Source of the DNA: Takakia lepidozioides
Taxonomy: Eukaryota > Plantae > Bryophyta
Direction of reading: 5' to 3'
DNA length: 64,000 nt
NCBI GenBank assembly: GCA_030704615.1
Contig: CM060733.1
Coordinates: forward strand, 59,334,001-59,398,000
The position numbers and the translations under genes are program-made. Positions 13,221 through 26,461 of the stretch are shown piece by piece (within the stretch, counting starts at the first letter, position 1; every line of letters begins with the position of its first letter). The notes beneath the pieces were generated by a model. It searched no databases. It was given only the letters and a program-made list of their open reading frames with translations, and had not been told where the DNA came from.

Positions 13221-13668
13221 CTGCGAAATCTATCAGGGTGCAGCTGAGCATCCGTAGCAGCTCTGAACATCAAGCTCATCAACCTCCCAAGCAGCTTGCA
13301 AATACCAGAGAAAAGCCTTGGATAACATACTTCTGTACTCTGCTTGGGAAGAACAACACACAATAACCCCAGTAGGGCCTGAGTTTGCACATGAAACAGA
13401 AATTATACCTACACTGAACATATAGGGGTACAATCATGTCAGAAAGCACTCTCTTCCACTTCCTACATGGAGGAAGCCGAACCTTCTCAATGCTGTTGTC
13501 CTGCCAGTGCTGTTCTATGCTCCAAGATTGACCTTCATGCCAGAACCGCCAAAACATCAACGTTTGGCAGCTTCCCATATCTTGGTCTTTACTGGGGAGT
13601 GCTACTGTGGCTTTCAACAACATTCCCCCAACTTACCTCTATTTGAAGCAATATAATGAAGGACATAC

Positions 13669-14359
13669 AAACATGCCCGCATTGAAGATTAAAGGAGCTT
13701 GCCGATGACGAGGAACTCCTTCAGCTAATTGCTAATCATTTCGATCTTCCTCCACACCTCTTGTTTAACAGATCTTGGCTTGGGTGACGAAGGTTCATTG
13801 TGCATCCAACTCTTTGTATCGAGTTCTGTAAGAAACCGAGCAAGACCAAACAAGAACGTCTCCTCCCCCTCTCTCGTCGCTCTCCCTTGGCTGTAACAGA
13901 CCTTTCTATGGTTCTGTCTTTGTCTTTCCCATGCAACGGATGGGAGCAAAACATAAATACAGGAGACGTTTCAAGAGGGGAACGGTGTCGATTATGGCCA
14001 CATTCCTCTGTCCCCACCCTGTGTGCTTCTTCGACCATATTGCACAGTTTCAGCTGGTACAGGTCAAGGACAATCGAGCTGGATCCTATAGCCGCACACA
14101 AGGCAGAGCACCAAAAAGCAAATTTCATGCCACTACCTTGCATCGGCACCCCTATAGACTCGGAAGATGCCCTGGCCAACACTCGCACGGGAAATTCTCT
14201 TTGACGCATAGCTAAGGGGGATGCCGAATTCAGCTCCACAGTCCGGCCCCATAATGTGCTATATGATGTCAGGCCTCTTGCATTACTGAAGGAAGGAGAC
14301 AAACCCTTGGGCATGGCATCTGTCTCCGCGCTCAAGAGAGCGCAGGAGCACGATGCCAT
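13669..14359 (-). CDS. Putative 5' exons (14359-14137, 13724-13669) encoding the targeting peptide of the DYW-PPR gene
   Basis: MASCSCALLSAETDAMPKGLSPSFSNARGLTSYS...RVLARASS resembles a transit peptide. GT-AG sites with compatible phases (1 then 0) join it to 13220. The model is manual and lacks transcript support. Confidence 0.45.
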
Positions 14360-15287
14360 CCCTTCCCTTCTCTTCACTGCTCCATTGCAACTGTCTCCCT
14401 CCTCTCTTGCTCGCAAAAGGGTCCATCACAAGGATGCTTATGGGTATTCACACAAGCAGATGAAAGCCCACTGGAACCAACCATCATGTTGGTTGGCACG
14501 CCATTCAAAACATATGGAGCACGTGAGGGGTGAAGGGAGCCTTGTTTGGCTACAATTCAAACACTATGCTCTGCCAAGCATGAGAGCCCATTTATTTTGC
14601 AAGAAAATGAGCTCCACTCTACAACGATCAGTACGCACTAAACAATTGAACATATGCTTCGCGAAACAGCTGCAGCGAGCAATGAGCATGCACGAATCCA
14701 AGGCTTCATGATATATCTGTGCGTGACCCATTGCCCTCCAACTCTATCCCTGGAAAAACGGGATTGGCGTCACTTTCTCCCACTCCTCAAAATGTGATGA
14801 TGTGGAAGAATGTCGCTCCTTGAGGTCTTTCTTTTCCGTTCTTCTCGAGTCTTCTGCTTTTGCTCCTGAAGGGACGACAGGTATCTAAGCTTTTTGACTA
14901 ACAATCCCGCACATTGCAGCTATGGTGCATCACTCAAAAGCCTTTCCGGCTGAAGGCTAGTTCCGAATGTCCCAAACCATAGGACGAGAGAAAGTAGACT
15001 GTCTTTACGTGCCTGACAATCAAAGACTCCCCCTACCATGCTTTCTGTGCAATGCTTTGTTGGAAAGGTGAGTGGATGCAGACCAGAAACCCAAAGCACA
15101 CATGTTGCGTGACACAGAGGCAATAGGTGATATATCGATGGAAATTTTGCGATAGTCAGATACACCCATCTTCATGACTTTAGCAGGATTTCTCAACTCG
15201 TGCGCACTCTATTATTACAGTGAGAGGAAAAAATGGCTGTATAGGAACCTAGCAGAGCAAAATGCTCATTACAACGGGTATTATCTC

Positions 15288-17693
15288 CTACGTATCATCC
15301 CTTTGGTATTTGCAATCTTGATAGATGCTCGATTCTGCAGGTGATCTACAAACATCATCACGAACTGCAGCAACAATGCTGCGGCTTCTCTTGGCGTCAG
15401 AGATTTGTGACCCTGTATTAACATAACCTTGGACAACAGCAAACCTTTGCCCCCTTTTCCTCCAGAAGACATGAGGCTGCTTTGATCCAGGCAGCGAGTG
15501 AATAAGAGAATCCCGGTTTTGAACCACCTTCAAGTGATCCAGTATTCGCTTCCCTAACACCGAGCTTTTGTGTACCAAATAGTTCAGAACAGCTTTATCA
15601 TGAAATGTGCGCCTGCTCTTTCTCTCTAGAGCTACTCTGACTATCTCAGTGGCCATTTTGTTTGCAAGACCACAAACATATTGAATTCCCCCCATGATCA
15701 CTCCACTGCTTACCACCACCCTCTCCCTCTCCTCCTTCTCTAGGGAGTTCCACATACGCAATCCATAAACGCTTTGTATCAACCCCTTTGGTTGCCTCCC
15801 TAACTTGGCCACATCATTTACATCTTTTTTCTGTGTACTTGATCCCAAAGGGCTCCCCTTCACAAGAAGAACCTCCTTCAGCTCTGGCCTTTGCAATTCA
15901 TCCTCCTCCTCTGAGTCCTCCCAGTCCTCCTGTTCCAAGGTGGTCCCCGCCTCACTTTCATCCGTCCTACTTGTAGAACTAAGCGTTCTCCGTCCCCTAG
16001 ATGCCATCCGCAGTCCTCCCCCTCCACCATTGGCTTCCAATGTGACCACCCCAGCTGCATAAGCACCTGTGACAACCTTGCCCTCTTTCTCTACAAAACC
16101 GGGCACTTTACCATCCCTTGAAATCTCCTTTCTTTTGTCCATCTCCCCTGCCTCTACCACTCTCAATTCCTCCCCTTCCGCATCAACCCAGGAACGATCT
16201 TCAGCTGAGAGGTAGAGAGACTGCCTCCTGCGAATTGCAGCTAGCACATCATCTACAATGAGAACTCCCTTCACTTGAGTCAAGAGCACATTCCGATACT
16301 TCTGATGCACCATGCCCAGCAGCATATCATAACAAACCCACCGCCGGAGCTGAGCAGGGGTGACGCCAAAAAACCCCCCCAGGGCATCATGGGGGTCAAG
16401 CTCCTGCATGTCAAACCCTACTACGCTCCCCCATGCTGCCCAATTGGGGATTTTGGGGAAGGAGCTTCTCTTCCCCCATAGCACCTCTCCGCGAAGCCTC
16501 TTGTCATCAGCAGCTCTCTTGAACACCATTGCATTGAACGGAGTCACTGATGCATTGGAGACAAAGGGCCGATCTGAAGCCAAGACATAGAAATTGGTCA
16601 ATGTGCAAGATGCGGTTTGAATAATGATAAGGGCTGTAATATCTACATGCGCAGCACTCACAGTGTGCCCAGAATGCATGCACTTAATTTTGATAATTCC
16701 AACAATCAAGCTCGCAGTCTCTAACAACATGATGCAATGGGGTCAAAACTTTACCAAGCAACAATCAGCTGGTATCACCAGATCATTTATCACAAGTTTG
16801 TTCAGGTGCTTGCTATTGGTTTGAGCGATGGAAACTTTACTCCTACATTCGGACCATAGGATAGTTTGTCAATAGTGCACTTGATTATGTGGGAATAGCT
16901 TTGTCAACTGTAAGTATTTGAACAGCACCAGAATTGCCTTGTAAACAAGAACTAGTGGCCCAATGCTTTGCTTTCTCACCTGGGTTCCTCCTGTTGGGAT
17001 CAAACAATGCCACCATCTTCTGGAAGCTCCTCTCTTCCTCTTGAATAACATCCACCATTGCGTTTGGCACTGGATTCGACGGAAAGAGGACAACGAGATC
17101 CGCCCTTGCTGTAGCCCCGCTTCGATGCAAAGTTCTTAAAAATAGACCCAATTCATCACTGCGTGTATCCTCTGTAAGATGTGCCACAATAATCTCTCTC
17201 ATTGGTCGAGTACCTCTTCTGAACAAAGTCCCCATTCCTTGAAGCGCCGCCGGTCCACCTCTGACAACGTTCTCTCTGTCTCTTGATGGAGGGGTGAAGA
17301 GAGGACTGTCGCTTTGGAGCACACGCCATCTTCGTTGCGAGCTGCCCACAACCCCCCATTTTAGCATCTATGAAGGCCTCTTGGCACCAATTGATGCACC
17401 CAATATGCAACCAAAACTCTGCAGTAAATTCATCAATGGGAGAAAAGGGACTCGAATAGTTACCTGTTAAAGTCCAGCCCTGACGCTTCCAGCGATGGCC
17501 GTGGTTGGCGCTCTGATGAGAGCTCCTCAGTATCTACAACAGCGGACAATAGAAGAAGAGAGAAAAGGAGGAGCGTGACACAAAGTAGAATCGTGCCAGT
17601 ATACTTTAATCTGGGAGCTTTATGTTGGCCTCTCTCTACTCCAACCTCCCCACACCAACACGGACAAATCATGCTCACCGACCATACACGCAC
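15288..17693 (-). CDS. Conserved uncharacterised plant type II membrane protein, 3 exons (17693-17464, 17341-16980, 16573-15288)
   Basis: N-terminal TM segment (ILLCVTLLLFSLLLLSAVV). The block ALQGMGTLFRRGTRPM...LFLRTLHRSGATARADLVVLF is recognisable from plant uncharacterised proteins. Both GT-AG introns are phase-compatible. Confidence 0.72.
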
Positions 17694-20600
17694 TCCAAAC
17701 CCCTCTTCCCTCTCTCTGAAGAGGACTACAGGAGATTTACAATCCTACAAACTCCGGTGTTATGTAGAGGACGGTGCCGAGCCATGGTTCTGCAGAAAAT
17801 GCTTGTACAGACCCGCCCTCCTCCTCCCTTACTCCCTTCGCAATAGATAAGTGTACCTACAAGAAGCTATAACAAAAACATATCCCTACCCACCACCTAC
17901 CCGGAACCTGGCCATCTCAATCCAACTGCAAAAAAACTAGGAGAAGCATATGACCAAGCCTTTCACCCCATAGAAAACACAAAAATCCCGACCTCCTTCC
18001 CCACCCAGACACTCGCCCCACCATACTACAACCTGTACTAGAGACAGGAAAAAAAAAAACACAATTGCAGTACAGCAGTACAGCAACGTCCAAATGAGCG
18101 AGACAAAAGCTGGTCACGCATCCAGACACATGTCTGGACTTATAAGTTGCGCAGTGAGGACAAGTGGGTGAGCGCAGCGAGAGGCCTCGTGCTGTGCAAC
18201 CACAAACTCCAACAAGTCCTCGGGAGGAGAGACGGCCATCGCCCGCGTCTTGGAGCTCTCACTAGTCACCACTCGGGCTACTCTCCCCGACCTACTAACT
18301 ACTTGTATCTTTTCTCTATTTTATTTTCCTGAAACTGTTTTGTTCTTTTTTGAATTGCCGATAATCACGCACCAGTTTTGATGTAAGCACATCCACAGAA
18401 GTAGACTAACATTCATCCGCAGCTTTCACTGGTGTTATCCCATCATCCATGTCCCACGATTATTTTTCTAAACGGACGATTTATTTTATTTTATTTTATC
18501 CCTTGTTTTTTCTTTTTTTTTCGCTTCTATTTTGTAGCCTCCCTGGCCGCACTTCCAGGGAATATGTCCCCTGTTTTTAAAATCGTAAATAAATAAATAA
18601 AAGTGGGGCGGGGTCTGGTGTCCCATGTTGTCTCACCACTTTTTGCCTTGTGGGTCCCTTCTCTAGTGGGACTCCGGGTTGGCTTGCTATGCTTCTTTTT
18701 TATGTCTCGGAGTTTTGCTGGCCTTGAATTTCCTTTCCATTCTTTCTCCACGATACGTAATGGTTCGTCTCGGAGTGGTTTCCGGGGCATTTCCCTTCCG
18801 TAAGCCTTCACGGAATTGTAGTGGTTGATGAGCCATTTCCACCGTTTGCGAGAGCAATGGCTGTCAGTTAGCCCGGTTCACGACGTTCGAAAACGCTGGA
18901 CGGGCCTACCTTCACCGGCATAAAAAACCAACGTGTCCCTTCATGGCCCCCCAAAAAATCCTCACCTTACAAATTTCGTGCCCTAGGGTCTGGCCTAAGG
19001 TGCCTCCTCCCCTAAGGATGAAACTTCCCATTTGAGACTATAACGATTTTAACAAAAGGAATTTCTAGGCGGATTTTTACGCCTTTTGCTGGCCTTGTTG
19101 GTTGGTGTGCATGTGCTTTCTTTTCTTGGTTTCCCTTCTGCAAGCCCCCTTCACGTTTATTTTTTCATTCTTTTCTAATGCATTTCTGGTTCCCATATCT
19201 GTTTTCCGGGCCATTTTCCGTAATCTTGTATTCCTCAACAAAACGTATTTATGCATCTCTTTTATGTAATGTCAGCAATCAATCCATCTCATCTTTCCCT
19301 TGCTGCTAAGTTCAATATGAGTCCGCTTCGGTCCCTTTCTCCATTCTTCATAAAATAATAAAATACAAAGAAACCATTGCTGAACATGGCTCATCAGGGA
19401 CAATTAAATTGTGGGTGAACATGTTGTGGAGGGTGGGCATGAGGGTGACAGTAGTAAGTGTTGACATGGAGGATCTGTTCATGCAGCATGCGGGTGGGTG
19501 AGGGACGTGGCGAGGCGTCCGAGGACGTGATGATGAGGACACGACCAGGCCTTGTGCTGTGGACCATGAGTCCAAAACACAGGGACCACACTCACTCGAC
19601 TTTCCACCCTACTAACTATTGCGTCTTATGCTGCAAAATCGATGTTTTTAGGCCTGTCCACGGTCATCGGAAGAACATACGGTGGATGACAAACATGCTC
19701 GTAACGTCGTACGCAGAATAACCCAGGATTCTCAGAATTGGGAAGCGTAGGAAGGGCAGGGTTAGGACCTGGTCGACCATTGGCTTTTCTCCGAGCTGAT
19801 CCATTTGTGCTTTTAGGCGGGTTCGATCCGGTCCTGTCTGTTTTCTGGGGCCTTTCGCTTTTCCGTTTCGGTTCCGTCGCCATGGTCCTTTACACGGACA
19901 GATGGATAGACAAGAGAGCGCCATGTGTACTCCCATGTGGAGAAATTTGGATGAATATTTTTTTTTAATCCATGAATTTACTGAAGGGAGGGAAAATTAT
20001 GTTTTAAATTTTAGAAAAAAAAACTTCACGGGAAATCTTAGCCTTCAAATGGCCGCCTATGGGTTTTAAGTTTTTTCCCCTGAATAATCCTTAATAAAGC
20101 TTCCTCCCCTTAGCCCTATTCCCCAAAAATTTAAGAAATACTTATTTATTCTAATAGGGGCCTCTCTCTGTCTCGCTGAGTCAGCAGAAGGAGAACTCGA
20201 GTTCCTTGGACAGAGAAGGAGTCGCGTGATTGGCACACTGTAGTCCTGTACCTGTCAGGTCTCTCGCTCAACTTCACGTGCTCTACACTCAATGATCATC
20301 TGAGACCAGACTGAGTCTCAGAGTCCAGACTTATTATACAAGACTGGCATCTTGTCTCATCAATGCTCTACAGACTGCAATTTAGGTAGGTATCTAAGAG
20401 ACTAGCTAGCACTCTCAATGACAGCTGCGCCTTCCCCTATGTAGCCGAAGTGAGGTTGATGAATGGACGTGTCGATCCAAAACAAGAGCGAAGCAAATTA
20501 GGTACTCTACAAGCAGCTTCCGAGGCTCCAAGCAGCCTCACTAAACTATATTTTTGGACGTCAACTTTGGACACGGAAATTGAGATGGATCCACTGCAGT

Positions 20601-22169
20601 TGACGGTAAGTAGAAATAGAAACTTCACAAAGTCGTTCAAGCCTGAAATCTGAGAGGCAAGTACGTACGCAGTACGCACCAAAGCAACGGTCCGTTTCGT
20701 TGCACGAGGTCTCACTCGCTCGGACTCCTGAGGTTCCTTACCAACAGGCCCTGCCATATAAAGATAAAGCATAATAGTATTACATTTTTTCTTAGTGTAA
20801 ATCTGGCATAGATTTTGTGGAGTAGGTAAGATTGTCAATAAAGGGATGTTTGTAATTATTTTTGTGTTGAATTTTTCACAAGGAGAAAAAATATTCTGTT
20901 ATAAGAGTTGGAGGAAAGAGGATCTTTGGTCAAAGCATGGTAAAGTCGCTCCAAAAGGAAGGTCAAGTCATGGAAACTGTGCTTTGGCTCACCTAAAACA
21001 ACATAGATTTGCTTACATTCACTAAGATTGTGACGATTGAGTGTGGATCCAACAACATTTCACTTGCTGAATGCAGTGATGCAAGATCCAAACACATCCA
21101 ACAAGGTTACTGTGTCCCGGTAATTCCTTAGATCTTCAAAGTCATCCTCGGTCAAGGTGATCACTGGACATGGAAGGAATGAGTCATAGGGATAGTGCTT
21201 TGGAGCTCGACTACACATAATGGGAACTGGCAAGACGTTTAGAATCATCATTGAAAACTGCCAATCTAGATGTGGGTAATGAGTAATGAGGCTTCCACCT
21301 AAATTTAAGGGGCCATTCCAACAAGGAATCTATTTTCTAAACTTCAAAGAAAGTCATAGGTTAGTCCAAGTTATTTGTGTCACAGCGGGGCAAGATACAA
21401 AGAACATGAATGTTTTTGGCAAAATGAAGCTTTGAGCATGTTCAAATTTCAGATTTTGAGTCCTTTTTTGTCCAGTAACAGAAAACTGTTATTTGACAAA
21501 AGTGTGCCGACCCTTTGTCTTCGGGGCAGAGAGTTGCGCCCTCTCACAGAACTGTACGTGTTAGTGTTATATTCGCAGAGCACTGACCGGCCCGTTGCGC
21601 GACTATGACCCCTGCGTCATATGGAGGTAGACTTATAATCAATAAAAATAAGATAAGTGGATTATATTGGTATTTTTTAATCATGAAGTTGATTTTTTAT
21701 TTATTTTTGATAGATCAATATTGCCCCTCATTTTATAATAATAGCGAGTTGAATGCAAGAGCACGCGCCCGGACGAGGGGCGCCCCAGCCCCCCCCAACC
21801 TTGTGCACGGTCTCTTACGCCCGCCTGTGCCACGGTGGCTGGACCGCCCTGGGTCCGTCGAACGGCCGGTCCGCTGTGGCAAGTCTGCCGGGGAGGTCTG
21901 CTCTGCCAGTCCGCTCTACCATGCGCCAGCGGACTGCCATCCAGAGAGGTTGAGTTTTCCATGAGCAGTGAGCAGGTTTTGCCGAATAGTGCCGACTAAG
22001 GGATATTCATGGAATATATCAAATATTCAAAGAATATTTCTGAACCAGTGCAGAGCCTATGTGGAGGAATATTCTGTCGAGGAATTATATGCCGACCAGT
22101 TCAGACCACTTTCGAACCTATGGCACTGTTCCGCGCCGAACAGTGCCGGCACCTACGTTTTCTAAGAAA

Positions 22170-22207
<38 letters not shown>

Positions 22208-23239
22208 GTTTTCTTTTAGTGTATGAAATGGTGTTCGGTGCCTAACCTTCAATATTTGAGGGGTTATATGCAATATAAATTTAGTACAAATCTCATTTGG
22301 AATCCAAAATGGAAATATTTTTAAAACCAACCTATCCCAAACCTGGAAGTGGTTCGGCAACAAACAGGTCCTCCGGGCGGTTCGGTGACATTTGGCAAAA
22401 TCTGCTCACTCTCACTGCTCACACTCTGGATTTCAGTATTCAGAGCCTCAGCCCCCCATTGAGTCCGCTGCCGGCGCCAGATCGGGGCCGTCCGTTCGAG
22501 AGCGGAGAGGGGTCCCATACGTGAGGAGATAGCTAGGCCGCTTGGCCTTGTCAAGTACGGGCTATGGTTTGGAATACTAAGTTCCTAACATAGCCTACAT
22601 CTATACCTCATCACCCAAGCACTCCTATTTTGCCGCAGTTTGGTGTTGACTTCATCACCTCCAACCTCACCACAGGAGAACAATGATGGTCTGGCTGGTC
22701 ATCACCCCAGCCTCACCATCGACAGCATGCTCTAGGACTGCCGTGATCAAATCCGGACCAATCACCTATAAAAACAAGCGCCACACAAAACTAGCATGGC
22801 GCGCACTCAAGCATGCAGATATGGAGAGGATCAAACACAAGACATCAGAACGACAACTCCCCACACCAAAAAACAACTCCACGGTGTTTGCTCCTGCAAG
22901 GACACCCCAGCCCAAACCTGGACTGACTCTTGCCTCCACCACTACTGAAAGGTCTTGGCCTAATGAGAGGGTGGAACTACGAGGAAGAGAAGCTAAAGCA
23001 ATGCCTAACCCCAGCATGCCCTCATCCCAACATTCTTCATCTCCTCCTCTTCCTTCACTTGCGATTGACCATGGGAATATCATGAATACTCCCAAACCGC
23101 CTTCCACAGAGCTTCAAAATTCGTCCTTCAAGACCACATGCCAGTCCTTAGGCAGTCCGCCAGTGCCTCCACGAGTCAGCACAGGCCGTCCACAGGTCAA
23201 CACGGGCCACCACGACCAGCACATGCCCACACAGCTCAC

Positions 23240-24172
23240 TGGTCACAGCCGTCACAGCCCCACACATGCCACACCTTCACAGCCCTACACAGGTCACAGG
23301 GTCACAGCCCCACAGGCCGCAGCCTGTCCAGCCCATCACAACCCCAAAGGCCACAGGCACAGCCTGTCACAGCCCACCACAACCCCAAAGGCACAGGCAC
23401 AGCCTGTCACAGCTGTCACAAAGCCCTACAAAGGTCACAGGGTCACAGCCCCAAATGCACAGCCTGTCACAGCCCCTCACATCCCCATAGGCCACAGGGC
23501 ACAGCCCGCCCAGCCTGTCACAACCCCTCACAACCCGTTAAGCCCCACAAGCCACAGGGCACAGCCTGTCCCAGCCCGCCACAGCCTGTCACAGCCCTCA
23601 CATCCCGTCACAGCCCCACAGGCCACAGGCACAGCCTGTCACAACCCTACATAGGTCACAAGGGTCACAGCCCAAATGCCACAGCCCCTCACAGCCCATC
23701 AACAGCCCCACAGGCCACAGGGCACAGCCTGTCACACCCCACAGGCCACATGGCACAGCCTGTCACAGCCTTACACAGGTCCAGGGGTCACAGCCCCAAG
23801 GCCACAGCCCCTCATAGCCCCACAGGCCACAGGGCACAACCTGTCAATGCCCCTCACAGCCCATCACAGCGTGTCACAACCCGTCACAGCCCCACAGGCC
23901 ACAGGGCACAGCCCACCACGCCTGTCACAGCCCGCCAACCCCACAGGCCACAGGGCACAGCCTGTCAACAGCCCGCCACAGCCCATCACAGCCTGTCACA
24001 GCTCGCCACACCCGTCACAGCCCCTCATAGCCCGTCACAGCCCACAGGGCACAGCCTGTCACATCCCGCCACAGCCCGTCACAACCCCACAGGCCACTGG
24101 GCACAGCCTGTCACATCCCCTCACAGCCCATCCCAGCGTGTCACAACCCGTCACAGCCCCACAGGCCACTCA
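23240..24172. repeat. C/A-rich modular minisatellite (CACAGCC / TGTCACAGCC / CCCCACAGGCCACAGGG units)
   Basis: Dozens of shuffled ~10-30 bp units over ~930 bp with strong strand asymmetry. Confidence 0.9.
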
Positions 24173-24727
24173 TGACAGTTTAGCCATTTCTCCAAGGGGT
24201 TTAGCCACGCCAAGCTAGGTTTGTGTCTCTGGACTCTAGGCTTCTTTGCACTGAGCTATGGCGTTGTGAAGAAATCAGCAAGGTTTCTTGCTCTTTCGGC
24301 TCCCACACACCACCAATAGTAGCCCTAAGCCATGAGGAAGATGGTTGCCACAAACCAAGCCTTCTTTCTCACTTAGACTCCCCAAACACGCCACTAAACT
24401 CAATGGCAAACAACCAAGCCTTGCTAGTTTCCAGCCCTTGTGAGCACTCATTCAAGCGTTTCCCTTGGCCATAGCATCTGTCTTAGAGCCTATTCCAGAT
24501 TTCAGTCTACCTACCATGAATATATTTGTCATGAACTCTTATATTGGCCAATCCATGTAAACTGACTTCAGCAAATCATGCAAATTAAATGAGGATAAAG
24601 ATGCAGCTAAGCTAAGCTAAATGTATCCTACACCTGCCACTTCAAGAGCCATGCTCTATCTAGGCTTGAGGTTGAAACCCCAACTTAGAACACGCTCTAC
24701 AAGTGTCGGACTGTTACATAAGAGCAG

Positions 24728-25137
24728 ATCAGCCCCTTACCTTCTCTTCTAGTTCTCTAAAGCTTGAAAACAAAAGCCCAATGGACTGAAGGCATGCTCC
24801 ACACATGCCCCACTCTCACCACCAGAGAATCAGCCCCTTTGCTTTCTTTCTTGCACCCACCAACCTGAAAATACATGCTTCAGCGGGCTGGAAGCATGCT
24901 CCACACATGCCCTACAGGGAAACCAGCTCCTTTCTTTCTTTCTTGCACTCCCAAACCTGAAAGTACAAGCCTTCAACAAGCTGAAAGCATGCTCCACACA
25001 TGCATTGCTCTCACATAAGGGAAGTCAGCCCTTCCATCTTCCTTACTTGCCCTCCAAGCTTGAAGATGGAAGCTTCAATGAGCTGAATACATGCTCCACA
25101 CATGCAACCTTTTCACACAAGAGGTATCAGCCCCCTA
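24728..25137. repeat. Four ~93-102 bp tandem repeats with invariant core CATGCTCCACACATGC
   Basis: The core starts at 24793, 24895, 24988 and 25090. Flanks are partly conserved (CAGCCC, CTGAA). Confidence 0.85.
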
Positions 25138-26205
25138 TCTTGGCTCCTTAGCTCATTGATGCTCTCTAAGACAAGACTAAGCACTCCACAGCCCTTGCCA
25201 AGCTCCTGAAACCCTAAAGCTTACATTTCCAGCCACAAGACACTCCTTTTGTGGTGCAAGAGCTCTTATTCCAAGCTCTGAAACATTCTCTTCACTTAAT
25301 TAATTATATTGGCTTTGACCGAAGTCTTCTCTTCTCTTCTCTTCATACATTCTCTTCACATTCCAATTTACGCAAGATATATATATATATATACCTTTAC
25401 ATTCCATACGAAAAGCAACTAAAAAAAATATACGATGCCGCTCGAAGGAAGCATAAGTAATGGTGTCTCTTGACCCCAAAGAGCTACTACCTTCCGAAGT
25501 AAAGGTGGAGGAGATCTTTGTGACACCAATCGGTGAGATTGAACCGACTCGTAGCGATATTGTAAGTTATGATGCTTGCTTTGACATGAGTTAATATTTT
25601 TCCTCTTCATCTTTTTAAATTGTGTAAACAAATAATTAATATGAACCAAAATCAATATTTCATTAGTGATTCTATGACAGTATGAACATGAATATTCATC
25701 TATTTCTGGTAAAGTTGATGCAATTTTTCTCTTCGTAAAAGTAGACTCAAAAATTTTTGTGAGTATTTTGATAGGGCTTTATTTCTTACACATTCACCAT
25801 GCGAGCGTTGCTAGTCATAGAGTGGAATGTTGTTGTGCGCAAACTGGGAGATAGTCTTCCTCGAGCTTGTTTCACTATCGTGAGGGTCTTCATAATAGAT
25901 GTCACAACTTGGTTGCTATCGTGTTTGTGATGGGCATCTATCCACAAATCACAAAATCATCCACCATGCTGAAGCAAGAAGAAAAGTTTATATGCCAACA
26001 ACTTTCCGAACCTCCTAAAAGGGAAAACCTACACTGAGGTTCACCCTTTTAAGAGGTTCTTAGATGGCAAAAAATCTTCGGGCAAGGACTTTTTGCGATG
26101 TGAGATTGTCTCATACACTAGTCTTTTGCAGGTCCTAAGCTTTCAACCTTTTAAATAAATTGTGTTCATTGTCTTAAACACATATTCATGTAACTCTCCT
26201 CCCAT

Positions 26206-26207
<2 letters not shown>

Positions 26208-26258
<51 letters not shown>
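26208..26258. repeat. Compound (CT)n(AT)n microsatellite
   Basis: Directly visible in the sequence. Confidence 0.95.
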
Positions 26259-26461
26259 TGGTATGGATATTAAAAAAAAATTAAGAATTTTTTTGACTAT
26301 TGTTCTGATTTTGGTAGACAATATCCCCAAGGAAAGACAAAAGAAGTAAGGTTGGCTAGCACCTTTTTTATACCTCATGCAATGTACTTTACTTTTATAC
26401 TCCAGTGTATATGTAGTACTCACTCATCTGAATTTCATTTACAGGGACCCCGAGTTCATCT

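Noticed and set aside
11154-13366. Plus-strand ORFs antisense to the DYW-PPR gene (and similar antisense ORFs over other genes)
   Set aside because: These are shadow ORFs of the real coding strand with no independent motifs.
19815-19835. tRNA or SINE suggested by a GGTTCGATCC B-box-like motif
   Set aside because: No A-box at proper spacing and no cloverleaf could be built.
22122-22166. Helitron 3' end (10-bp GC hairpin followed by CTAA)
   Set aside because: The hairpin is real, but CTAA is followed by G rather than T and no 5' TC end or Rep/helicase was found.
23138-24218. Genuine CDS calls for the ORFs over the minisatellite
   Set aside because: The T-poor repeat is depleted of stops in several frames at once, so ORF length is uninformative.
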